Below, one piece after another: positions 10,505 to 19,042 of a stretch of 64,000 nt of DNA. The position numbers and the translations under genes are program-made. Numbering within the stretch: position 1 is the stretch's first letter; each line of letters starts with the position of its first letter. The notes beneath the pieces are model-generated. The model saw only the letters and a program-made list of their open reading frames with translations. It searched no databases and had not been told where the DNA came from. Origin of the DNA: an uncultured Gemmatimonadales bacterium (GTDB taxonomy: Bacteria; Gemmatimonadota; Gemmatimonadetes; Gemmatimonadales; GWC2-71-9); NCBI GenBank assembly GCA_963828735.1, contig CAWHFW010000002.1:256001-320000 (forward strand), given 5' to 3'.

Positions 10505-11574
10505 CGGACCCCGTCGCCCAGCTCCACGCCGGTGACGTGCGGGGCCGCCTCGCTCCGCAGGCTCTGCACCAGGCTCTCCGCCGGCACGCTCTTCCGGAGA
10601 CGCACGCGGTACTGCAGCCGTTCGGCGGCCCCGCCCTCACCCGGCAAGGCCCGCACGAACTCCCAGCGCTTGGCGGACTGGTCCAGGACGGATTCCACGG
10701 CCCGTCGCGCGGCGTCCGCGGCGCCGTGGATCTGAAGCTCGAGGGGGCGGAGCTCGGGCGCCGGTTTCTTGACGACGACGACGTCGTCCTGCGAGGAACG
10801 CCGACGGCGTCGGGCCGCCCGGTCCGAGAGCGCGTCGAGCTGGTCCGGCGTGAGCGACTTGAGGATCTGATCGTCCACGAGCCGGACGAACGCGCTGGTG
10901 CGGTTCGAGAGCGCCAGGGCTCGCTGCAAACGCTTCTGCGCGACCGGTCGCCCCAGGTCGGCCGGCGCGCGACCGAAGTCGGTGTACCAGAGGATCAGGA
11001 TGATGACGTTGAACGTGATCGAGAGCGCTGCCGCGAGCGGCACCGACTGGATGCCCGCCGCCAGGCCGACGCCGGTGCCGAGGAAGATGTACACCGCGTC
11101 CTTCGTGTCCCGCAGGGTATTCCTGAAGCTCACCGCGGCGACGATGCCGCCCAGACTGAAGGCCAGGGCCAGGCTGTTCTTGACCATGAAGACGACGCCG
11201 GCCACGACGATCGGCAGGATGATGAGCGTCTGCACGACCGACTGACGGAACCCCTTCCGCCTCCTGGTCATTATGTAGATCCAGGTGACCGGGAGCATGA
11301 GCGCGAAGGCCGCGGTCATGCCGAACACCTCCGAGAGGGGAAGTCCGGCTTTGGTCTGAAAGAGGGGGGCCTGCGAGTTCAGGAGATCGGGAAGACCGGT
11401 GGGCGTGTCCACCACACTCGGCTGAAGGCCGCCCGAAAACAGCTCCTCCGCGCCCGGCACGAACTGGATGAGGAGCCCGGTGGCCGCGAACAACAGGATG
11501 TAGTAGGCGACGACCCGGACCATGGGGTTGTCCACCAGTCGGGTGAAGCCACTCGATGTGCGTTCAGTTGGCAT
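10501..11574 (-). CDS. DUF4956-family membrane protein
   Basis: VVFMVKNSLALAFSLGGIVAAVSFRNTLRDTKDAVYIF..TGVGLAAG signature; multiple TM helices; small C-terminal soluble domain. Confidence 0.85.
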   Translation of the reverse strand: MPTERTSSGFTRLVDNPMVRVVAYYILLFAATGLLIQFVPGAEELFSGGLQPSVVDTPTGLPDLLNSQAPLFQTKAGLPLSEVFGMTAAFALMLPVTWIYIMTRRRKGFRQSVVQTLIILPIVVAGVVFMVKNSLALAFSLGGIVAAVSFRNTLRDTKDAVYIFLGTGVGLAAGIQSVPLAAALSITFNVIILILWYTDFGRAPADLGRPVAQKRLQRALALSNRTSAFVRLVDDQILKSLTPDQLDALSDRAARRRRRSSQDDVVVVKKPAPELRPLELQIHGAADAARRAVESVLDQSAKRWEFVRALPGEGGAAERLQYRVRLRKSVPAESLVQSLRSEAAPHVTGVELGDGVR

Positions 11575-11619
11575 CGGCCGCCCTCCAATCGAGCGACGCG
11601 GGACCCAGAGGCGTTCGCA

Positions 11620-11647
11620 TTGACGGGCCTCGTCGATATGTTAGCGT
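11620..11647 (+). promoter_or_regulatory. Candidate sigma70 promoter for the divergent kinase operon
   Basis: TTGACG (11620-25) and extended -10 TGnTAGCGT (11639-47) in the divergent intergenic gap. Confidence 0.4.
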
Positions 11648-11702
11648 TCGACCACTAAATTGCGACGGTTCGGTAGTTTGCGCCACAGCCGGGAGCAAAT
11701 CG

Positions 11703-13316
11703 ATGATCCAGGCCGAGCTGCTGGAAACCCAACTGGCAAGCACGCCGACTGCCCCCTCCGGGGCCATGGTGGACGAGCTGCCGGACGACCTCCTCCGCGA
11801 GGCGACGCAGAGGCTCGGTATCCTGGCGCTCGTCTGGGCAGGCCTGTTCGCGATCGGGATCCTGATGAACGACCTGGTCGCGCCCCTCATGAATATCCCG
11901 ATGCGGGATCTCATTCCCTGGGGCCGGCCCGCGGACATCGTCGGAGTGCTGAGCATCAGCCTCTCCCTCTGGTTGTGGCGCTACACCCGGAAGCTGACCT
12001 GCCGGCCCCGGCTGGCGCTCGACCTCGCGCTGGGGTACGAGGTCCTGCTCGCCTTCGGGATCGGCGTCGTCAACCAGTGGGAGCCGCACCGTCTCCTCGC
12101 CGGCCGTCTGTCGTGGATCTGCGTGGTGGTCCTTCTCTTCCCCATGATCGTCCCCAACACGCCACGGAAGACGCTCATCGCCTCACTGATCGCGGCCTCG
12201 ATGGATCCCCTCGGGCTGCTGGTTGCGCACCTCCGGGGGCTCGAGACGCCGTCCTTCGCGCTGATCCTCTGGAACTATCTCCCCAACTACGTGTGCGCGC
12301 TCATCGCGGTCATCCCGTCCAAGATCATGGTGCGACTCGGCCGACAGGTCCAGCGGGCGCGCGAGCTCGGAAGCTACCGACTGACGGAGCTCATCGGGCG
12401 GGGCGGCATGGGCGAGGTGTGGCGCGCGACGCACCGGATGCTCGCCCGGCCCGCCGCGATCAAGCTCATCAAGCCCGAGATCCTGGGCGCGTCCACTGAC
12501 AACGCAACGGCCTCCATCATCCGACGGTTCCAGCGGGAGGCCGAGGCGGCGTCCGAGCTCCAGTCACCGCACACGATCCGGCTCTACGACTTCGGCCAGA
12601 CCCGGGCCGGGACGTTCTACTTCGCGATGGAACTGCTCGACGGGCTGGATCTGGAGACGCTGATCCGCCGCTATGGCCCCGTGCCGCCCGAGCGGGTGGT
12701 CGATCTGCTCCGCCAGACATGCCACTCGCTCGGCGAGGCTCACGACCGCGGGCTGGTCCACCGCGACGTCAAGCCGGCCAACATCTATGCCTGCCGCCTC
12801 GGTCGAGAATACGACTTCGTCAAGGTGCTGGATTTCGGCCTGGTGAAGTACGACCAGGACGAATCCATCCTCGACACCATCAATGCCGCCGAGGTGACGA
12901 CCGGCACCCCAGCCTACATGGCGCCCGAGATGGCGAGCGGGGCCGACCCGGTGGACCGGCGCGCCGACATCTACGCGCTCGGGTGCGTGGGTTACTGGCT
13001 GCTGACCGGCCAGATGGTGTTCGAGGCGGAGAGCCCGCTCAAGATGCTCATCCAGCACATCCAGGCGATCCCGGTTCCTCCCAGCATCCGGACGGGTCGC
13101 CCCGTGCCGCTGGACCTGGAGCGGGTGATCATGCGATGCCTCGAGAAGGATCCGACGCGCCGCCCGCAAACGGCCGACGATCTGGTGGCGGAGCTGGATC
13201 GCGTCGTCCTGGAGCAGCCGTGGGACCAGACTCAGGCGCGGGCGTGGTGGCAGAAGCACCTGGAGCCGACGACGGGACGGGCGCCAGCCCCGCAGCTGGC
13301 AGTCGCCGTCGGGTGA
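11703..13316 (+). CDS. Membrane Ser/Thr kinase (N-terminal multi-TM region, C-terminal kinase)
   Basis: About six TM helices then IGRGGMGEV, AAIK, HRDVKPAN, DFG, YMAPE. Confidence 0.92.
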   Translation: MIQAELLETQLASTPTAPSGAMVDELPDDLLREATQRLGILALVWAGLFAIGILMNDLVAPLMNIPMRDLIPWGRPADIVGVLSISLSLWLWRYTRKLTCRPRLALDLALGYEVLLAFGIGVVNQWEPHRLLAGRLSWICVVVLLFPMIVPNTPRKTLIASLIAASMDPLGLLVAHLRGLETPSFALILWNYLPNYVCALIAVIPSKIMVRLGRQVQRARELGSYRLTELIGRGGMGEVWRATHRMLARPAAIKLIKPEILGASTDNATASIIRRFQREAEAASELQSPHTIRLYDFGQTRAGTFYFAMELLDGLDLETLIRRYGPVPPERVVDLLRQTCHSLGEAHDRGLVHRDVKPANIYACRLGREYDFVKVLDFGLVKYDQDESILDTINAAEVTTGTPAYMAPEMASGADPVDRRADIYALGCVGYWLLTGQMVFEAESPLKMLIQHIQAIPVPPSIRTGRPVPLDLERVIMRCLEKDPTRRPQTADDLVAELDRVVLEQPWDQTQARAWWQKHLEPTTGRAPAPQLAVAVG

Positions 13317-14182
13317 GACGCTGCGTCCTGCGGCGCGCGCTTCCCACGGCGCTCGTGGTCACCGCCGTCGCGGGGACGGTCGCGACCGCGGGAGCGCCCG
13401 AGAGCCTGCTCGCGAGGTATGACCTCACGGCGCCGCCGGCAGGCCGCTGGAAGCTGCCGAAGGAGCTCAACGAGATCAGCGGCCTCGCGATGGAGGGGAG
13501 TCGACTGTTTGCGCACGGCGACGAGCAGGCCATCGTCTATGAGCTCGACCCCGCCTCGCATACCGTGGTCCGCCGGTTCTCGCTCGGCCAGCCCGCGGTC
13601 CGCGGCGACTTCGAGGCGATCGCGGTGGTGCACGACCGCGTGTTCCTCACCACCAGTGACGGCGACCTGTACGCCGCGTCGATCGGCGCCGACGGCGCGG
13701 CGGTCCCGTACGAGCGTTTCGTGACGGGGATCGGACGAAGCTGCGAGGTGGAAGGGCTGGCGTACGACCCGAAGGGACGCGAGTTCCTGTTCGGCTGCAA
13801 GACGCCGCGCGTGCGTGCGCTCCACGGGCGGCTCGCGGTGATCGGCTGGTCCCCGGAGCGACGCGAGGCGCCCGTGCTGCGCCTCGGCATTCCGATCGCC
13901 ACGGTCGAGGACCTCGAGGGGGAAGCGGTGGCACCGTCGGAGCTGCTGCGGGACCCATCGAGCGGGCACCTGCTGTTGCTGGCGGCGCGGGCGCGCGTGA
14001 TCGTCGAGGTGACGCCAGAGGGCGGAGTGGTCGCGGTCGCGAAGCTCCGTCACTCGCTGCACCGCCAGGCCGAGGGTCTCGCGATCGGCGCGGACGGCTC
14101 GCTGCTCGTCGCCGATGAGGCCGCCGGTGAGCATCCGATGCTCACGCGCTACGCACCGCGTCCGGCGTCCCGCGCCCCGTGA
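13313..14182 (+). CDS. Exported SdiA-regulated/YjiK-like beta-propeller protein
   Basis: Signal peptide; LNEISGL, AHGDE, GDFEAI, EVEGLAYD, QAEGLAI, LLVADE blade motifs; GTGA overlap with kinase stop. Confidence 0.8.
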   Translation: MRRCVLRRALPTALVVTAVAGTVATAGAPESLLARYDLTAPPAGRWKLPKELNEISGLAMEGSRLFAHGDEQAIVYELDPASHTVVRRFSLGQPAVRGDFEAIAVVHDRVFLTTSDGDLYAASIGADGAAVPYERFVTGIGRSCEVEGLAYDPKGREFLFGCKTPRVRALHGRLAVIGWSPERREAPVLRLGIPIATVEDLEGEAVAPSELLRDPSSGHLLLLAARARVIVEVTPEGGVVAVAKLRHSLHRQAEGLAIGADGSLLVADEAAGEHPMLTRYAPRPASRAP

Positions 14183-14189
14183 GCTCCTG

Positions 14190-15431
14190 CTAGGGGCGAA
14201 CCGGTCGCACCACGGCTGACCGCGCGCTGTCCGGGGGCGCGCACCCGTTCGCCCAGGTGTTCGCCGGCGGCAGCACCTGGGCGTAGATCTCGCGCGGCTC
14301 CCCCGTTGCCGACACCGTTACCACGCCCAGCCGCAGCCCACCGTCCCGCAGCAGATCCGCCCGCATGAAGCCGCCCGTCGAGAGCGCCAGCCGGGTCTCG
14401 GGGATCTCCTCCACGTAGCTCTGGTGTCCCAAAATCCCTACGCCACTGACCGCGAGCAACGGCGGCCGTCCGCGATCGAGGATCTGGAGGGTGTGCTCGT
14501 GGCCTGCTGCATAGAGCGCCGGCGGCCGGCATGCGAACGCGCTGTCCAGTGCCGCGCGTAGCGCCCGGTAGGCGGCGGAGTTCACGTCTTCCGAGCTGAT
14601 GCCGGCACCGCGGAGGGCAGGATAGATCGTGCCGATGATCGGCAGGGGGATGTAGAGCGCCGGGTGCAGGGCACGGAGGGGGAAGATGTAGTCGCCGGGC
14701 GAGAAGTATCCGCCGTGCGGACCTGCCGTGAGGATCGGATGGTGGCCGGCGACGATCACCTGCCGGCCGGATGATTCCGCGAGAATCCGTGCGATCGCCC
14801 GCCGGACCTCGCGGTCTGTCTTGGCGGGACATGCGGAGCCTTCCCCGGGTTTCTCGTGCGGGAAGAGCCACCACTCCGTGTCGAGGAGCACGAGTCGCAG
14901 GCCGCTCGAGACGTCCACGATCTCCGGACCCGGGCAGCCGTCCGCCGGAAGCATGCGGGCTCGCCCGCCGCCCTCCCGGGCAATAAGGCTGCCCTGACGG
15001 CGGATGCGAGCGAGCCCGTCGGATCCCGATTTCTGCCAGTCGTGATTGCCGGGGATGAAGACGGTCGGCGCGTCGTGTGCGAGGGCGAGCTGCGCCTCGA
15101 GCCGTCGAAGCGCCTCCGGATACGAGGGATCGGTGCTGTCCGGCACCCCGTAGTCGTACACATTGTCGCCGAGGAACAGGATGATGGTCGAATCCGGCCG
15201 GCCGACGAGTGAGCGCTTGACCCCCTGCAGCACCGGCTCTCCCGAAGCTTTCGGAGCCCCGGCGTCGCCGATGAGGATGACGCTCGCCACCACGTCCCCA
15301 CGCGCGGGCGGGGGGGCCGTGGACGCGGGAATGACGTGCGCGGAACAGGCCGCGAGCGCGATCGTCGGCAGGGTGCGCGCGGCGACGCGCCAGGAGAAAC
15401 GAGCGAAAGGGCTGGGGATGGAGTTCTTCAG
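14190..15431 (-). CDS. Calcineurin-like metallophosphoesterase, probable lipoprotein (start uncertain: CTG 15431 or GTG 15293)
   Basis: LIGDAG, FLGDNVY, PGNHDW, GHHP, AGHEH motifs; open upstream frame contains lipobox IALAAC. Confidence 0.88.
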   Translation of the reverse strand: MKNSIPSPFARFSWRVAARTLPTIALAACSAHVIPASTAPPPARGDVVASVILIGDAGAPKASGEPVLQGVKRSLVGRPDSTIILFLGDNVYDYGVPDSTDPSYPEALRRLEAQLALAHDAPTVFIPGNHDWQKSGSDGLARIRRQGSLIAREGGGRARMLPADGCPGPEIVDVSSGLRLVLLDTEWWLFPHEKPGEGSACPAKTDREVRRAIARILAESSGRQVIVAGHHPILTAGPHGGYFSPGDYIFPLRALHPALYIPLPIIGTIYPALRGAGISSEDVNSAAYRALRAALDSAFACRPPALYAAGHEHTLQILDRGRPPLLAVSGVGILGHQSYVEEIPETRLALSTGGFMRADLLRDGGLRLGVVTVSATGEPREIYAQVLPPANTWANGCAPPDSARSAVVRPVRP

Positions 15432-15723
15432 GCCGGGCGGCCCAGGTGGAGGGCCCGTAGGGTGCGCCAGTACATCGCAATCATCGCAGTGGTGCTATCG
15501 CGTTGTTATCACGTGGCTTGGCATTGGTGTTATAAAGGTGTTTAGAGGTCAAGGCGGCCTCCCTAGAGCGATCGATGACAATCCACTTGAGGCATTGGTG
15601 GCAGCATGCGACGCGCAGGAGACTCCCCCAGCCTGGGGGCGGCGCGAAATTCAAGGTGGCTTCGCTCTGCCCCAGGGCCCTGGACTTTGACCTGCCGAGC
15701 CCCTGCCCCAGGATGACTGCTAG

Positions 15724-15966
15724 CTACCGGCGCCCGTCGGACAACCTGCTGACGTGGCCTCCCGGCCGGATAGTGGAACCGCCCCTGAACTCGAAGTGCT
15801 CGTCGGAAAGCAGCCTCCCCTTGAGCAACCCAGCGTACCCGTGCTGCGCAAGGATCCGGTCGGCTACCCGACTCGCGGCGCTCGCGGCCGCCTCCCAGCC
15901 TGCACGGAGCTCGGGATAGACGTGGGCGAATCCTGGCCGGATCCGCGCCTCACGGCTCAGTCCCAC
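15724..15966 (-). CDS. Small hypothetical protein
   Basis: REARIRPGFAHVYPEL...LLSDEHFEFRGG; co-directional just downstream of the NTF2-like gene. Confidence 0.55.
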   Translation of the reverse strand: MGLSREARIRPGFAHVYPELRAGWEAAASAASRVADRILAQHGYAGLLKGRLLSDEHFEFRGGSTIRPGGHVSRLSDGRR

Positions 15967-15988
15967 TCGCTCCTCCCGCCTGAAATCG

Positions 15989-16552
15989 CTATCCTGGTCG
16001 AGCCGTCCCCGGCGTGGCCGGCGGGACCGGATTGTAATGAAGATGCGCGACCCGCCACCGTTGACCATCCCGAACCCACACTTCGGTGTACCGCGTGAGC
16101 GCGGGCCGCGGCTCGCCGGGAATGTCGTACCGTATCAGGCCGCTGACGACCGCCACGGTGCCGTATAGCCGGACGCTCGTCTCCTCGAACTGGCTCGGCG
16201 CCACGCCTCCGGTATCCGCCTGGATGGCCGCGAGGAACTGCGGCTTGTTCAGGGAGCCGCGACCACCGGTGAGCTGAAAGTTGTCGACCAACGTCGCCGA
16301 GAAGAACGCGGTATCCCGATTCGCCAATGCCTGGATCCACCGCGCGTGCAGCCCCGCGATGTCCTGGGCCGCCTCCATGCTGACTTTGGCCGTACTGTCG
16401 CCGAGGACCGGCGGGGCGTCGGTTCGGGCGGTTTGAGGTGCCCCACAAGCGGCCACCATCGCCACCAGGCCGGCCATGCGGAATCCCGACGCTCGGACCG
16501 CACCACGGCCCGCCGTGCCGAGGTCGCTGCGAACGACCGATGGTTGGCTCAT
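15989..16552 (-). CDS. NTF2-like (DUF4440) lipoprotein
   Basis: Lipobox VAAC; VRLYGTVAVVSG...RYTEVWVRDGQRWRVAHLH. Confidence 0.85.
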   Translation of the reverse strand: MSQPSVVRSDLGTAGRGAVRASGFRMAGLVAMVAACGAPQTARTDAPPVLGDSTAKVSMEAAQDIAGLHARWIQALANRDTAFFSATLVDNFQLTGGRGSLNKPQFLAAIQADTGGVAPSQFEETSVRLYGTVAVVSGLIRYDIPGEPRPALTRYTEVWVRDGQRWRVAHLHYNPVPPATPGTARPG

Positions 16553-16627
16553 GGGACGGATTGTACCGCGCCACGGGCGCTCGCGCTATGCGCCTCAGGA
16601 TGACCACGTGTGCGCCTGCGCCGCCGC

Positions 16628-16804
16628 TCAGTGCGTGATCAGCACGTTCGCGATCACGAGGTACTCGACGAGCACCACGGTCCACAAGACGACCCTGCGG
16701 AAATTGACCGGACGAATGAGGGAGTTGCACAGGGAGCAGATGCGTGCCCCTGGGGGGGCGGACAACCCACAGCGTGGGCAGGAAATCGACGGCGAGGTAC
16801 TCAT
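16628..16804 (-). CDS. 58-aa zinc-ribbon membrane microprotein
   Basis: Manual translation MSTSPSISCPRCGLSAPPGARICSLCNSLIRPVNFRRVVLWTVVLVEYLVIANVLITH*: CxxC...CxxC plus C-terminal TM. Confidence 0.7.
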   Translation of the reverse strand: MSTSPSISCPRCGLSAPPGARICSLCNSLIRPVNFRRVVLWTVVLVEYLVIANVLITH

Positions 16805-16870
16805 AGCAACAACCAGTCCGCGGACATGGAGGGGTCGACAAAGTTCAAGATAGGTCAGCGGACGGCGCCG

Positions 16871-17287
16871 TCAACCGTGTGGCTGTTTGATCTCCTGGGC
16901 CTCGTGCGACGAGCCGACGAGCAGGTGCTGGACGGCCCTCAAGAGTCCGCCTGGGGTGAAGGGCTTTTCGAGAAGCTGCCCCGGAACGTCACTCCCTGCG
17001 CTGAATCCCGAAATGAAGCGGATGGGAGGGGGACGCTGGCAACTCCCAAGCGCTCGGGCCAAGGCGAGCCCATCGACGTCCGGCATGCGCACGTCCGTCA
17101 CCACCGCCGCGACCTCTCCTCCGGCCACATCGAAGAGCGTCAACGCTTCCCGTCCATCAGCAGCCTCGAGCACGCGGTAGCATTCCCCGAGCACGTCGGC
17201 CATCAGGCGACGCAGCAGCGGCTCGTCGTCGACGACGAGAACGAGCGGCCGGAATCGGTCGGCCCCGGAATCGAAAGGGAAGCCCAT
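16871..17287 (-). CDS. Single-domain response regulator (REC)
   Basis: VLVVDDE, VVTDVRMP, ISG, KPF. Confidence 0.88.
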   Translation of the reverse strand: MGFPFDSGADRFRPLVLVVDDEPLLRRLMADVLGECYRVLEAADGREALTLFDVAGGEVAAVVTDVRMPDVDGLALARALGSCQRPPPIRFISGFSAGSDVPGQLLEKPFTPGGLLRAVQHLLVGSSHEAQEIKQPHG

Positions 17288-17349
17288 GCCGCAACTTATC
17301 GAGGTTGAGCCACCGTCTGTAGGTCGCTTCTACGACCGCCGAGCGGGAA

Positions 17350-17907
17350 TCAGCGCCGCGTCATTCTCTGGCGGATCTGCCTCAACGTGTTCATGAGCTC
17401 GCCGAATCTGGCTTGGTGTTTTCTTGCGATCGCGTGTTGCCATGCGGCGAGTGAACGCGTTTCGGCGGCATCGGCCCGCATCTGCTGTGCGCGCCGCTTC
17501 ATCGCTCGCGACCTGACGACCAGCGGCGCGACCGCCCCGGTCAGCTCCTCCGCACCGAACGGCTTGTGAAGGAGGGGCACCGGCGGGAGGTCGGGTGGCA
17601 GTTGAGCCAACGCCGACATGGCCACGACCGGCAATCCTGGGCAGCACTCCAGGAGTACCGAGATCAGTTCCGGGCCGGATATGCCCGGCATCGCCAGGTC
17701 TGTGACGACCGCGTCGAGCACCTGGGCCTCGTCCCGCGCGATCACACGAAGGGCCTCCTCGCCGTCACCGGCCTCGACCACGGAGGTCCCCTCGACCTCG
17801 ATCATCCGTCGCAGTGCTCGGCGCACGAACGAATCATCGTCCACGAGGAGCAAAGTGGCCCCGTCGGGGATCCGGAAGCACGCGGGATGGGTATTCACAA
17901 CAGTCAT
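17350..17907 (-). CDS. Response regulator (REC plus C-terminal helical extension)
   Basis: LLLVDDD, VVTDLAMP, AMS, KPF. Confidence 0.85.
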   Translation of the reverse strand: MTVVNTHPACFRIPDGATLLLVDDDSFVRRALRRMIEVEGTSVVEAGDGEEALRVIARDEAQVLDAVVTDLAMPGISGPELISVLLECCPGLPVVAMSALAQLPPDLPPVPLLHKPFGAEELTGAVAPLVVRSRAMKRRAQQMRADAAETRSLAAWQHAIARKHQARFGELMNTLRQIRQRMTRR

Positions 17908-18146
17908 GAAACGCCGCCCATGAAACGCCGCCGAATCGAACTGCCGCGACGACCTCGTTACCACCTGACAACGCGGGACACTGTGAGCACGCTCACGCTC
18001 GGAAAAACTGGGTGGCTCGAGCGGCCGAACTGGGCTGTCACTAAGCAAGTCCCACCATGCGGTGCCACTCACACTGCGGGGTGCGCATCGCGCTGCCGAA
18101 CGCAGGAAACCACTTGAACGCTCCTGTTCAAGTGGTGAGGCTCAAA

Positions 18147-18188
18147 TAGCAGGGGCGGGACTCGAACCCGCGACCCCGGCATTATGAG
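18147..18188 (-). repeat. att site: 42-bp duplicate of the 3' half of tRNA-Met
   Basis: TAGCAGGGGCGGGACTCGAACCCGCGACCCCGGCATTATGAG identical to 26168-26209. Confidence 0.95.
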
Positions 18189-18416
18189 ATATGGGACGCC
18201 GGGGAGCAAGCAACTCCTCCGAGGGAACACTTCGCGGCGTGCCCCGCGAAGCTCCGGGAAATCGTGTGGTCCACGGTGCACCTGATGGTGCAATGATCCC
18301 CTGCCCCATACTTGTCAATCTGCATACTTCTCACCAAGCCGGACAAGTATACTAAGTGTCAGGATAGAGAGAGCTTGGCATACATACTTATCATCTCAGC
18401 CCTGTGTGGGGAGTCG

Positions 18417-18680
18417 GTGCCCAGCCGCAAAGACAACATCGACATCATCCGGGGCATGGCCCTGTCAGCCGCGGCGGCCATCGCCAAGGGTGAGGCCGTG
18501 AACACCGAGGTTGTGGAGGACTTCGCCAATGAGCAGCTCAAGGTCCGCGTGCGCATCGGGAAGCGGTCGGCGCTGTTCGCGGTCTACAACGGCGACGTGG
18601 AGCGCGTCCAAGGTGACCGCGTGATCGCCCGGAAGGTGGAGCGACTGATACAGGAGGCGCTCTCGGAGATGGGGCGGTAA
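18417..18680 (+). CDS. Hypothetical protein
   Basis: GGGGAG RBS before GTG; strong GC3 bias; no recognised motif. Confidence 0.6.
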   Translation: MPSRKDNIDIIRGMALSAAAAIAKGEAVNTEVVEDFANEQLKVRVRIGKRSALFAVYNGDVERVQGDRVIARKVERLIQEALSEMGR

Positions 18681-18744
18681 CGCGTCGAACACCTGACCAA
18701 ATCTGCGTGAAAAACCACGTGCCAGCGCTTCCCAACGCCCCCTG

Positions 18745-19000
18745 CGAGTAACTCGATTCGTTCCCTCCCCGTGCCGTTCATCACGCACGTCATCGGAGCT
18801 GTGGGATCGGGTGGCATGGTCATCTGTCTAGCCGGTGAGCGGCGCTATGGCTCTCCGAATGCGCGCTTTCAGCTGCATGGCGCGGGCTTCCTCCTCCACA
18901 CTCCGAATCCGACCCTCACCGTCCAGGGCTTCGAACTCCGGGAGCATCTCACCGGGGTAGAGACCGCCGATGGCTTCATGGCCGCCATACCGGGCCTGAC
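18745..19000 (+). pseudogene. ClpP-like protease fragment
   Basis: IRSLPVPFITHVIGAVGSGGMVICLAGERRYGSPNARFQLH resembles the ClpP Ser/His region; no N-terminal part. Confidence 0.55.
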
Positions 19001-19042
19001 GCCCCATACGAACTCGGTGTTAGTGGAACCTGCTCGGTCCCG

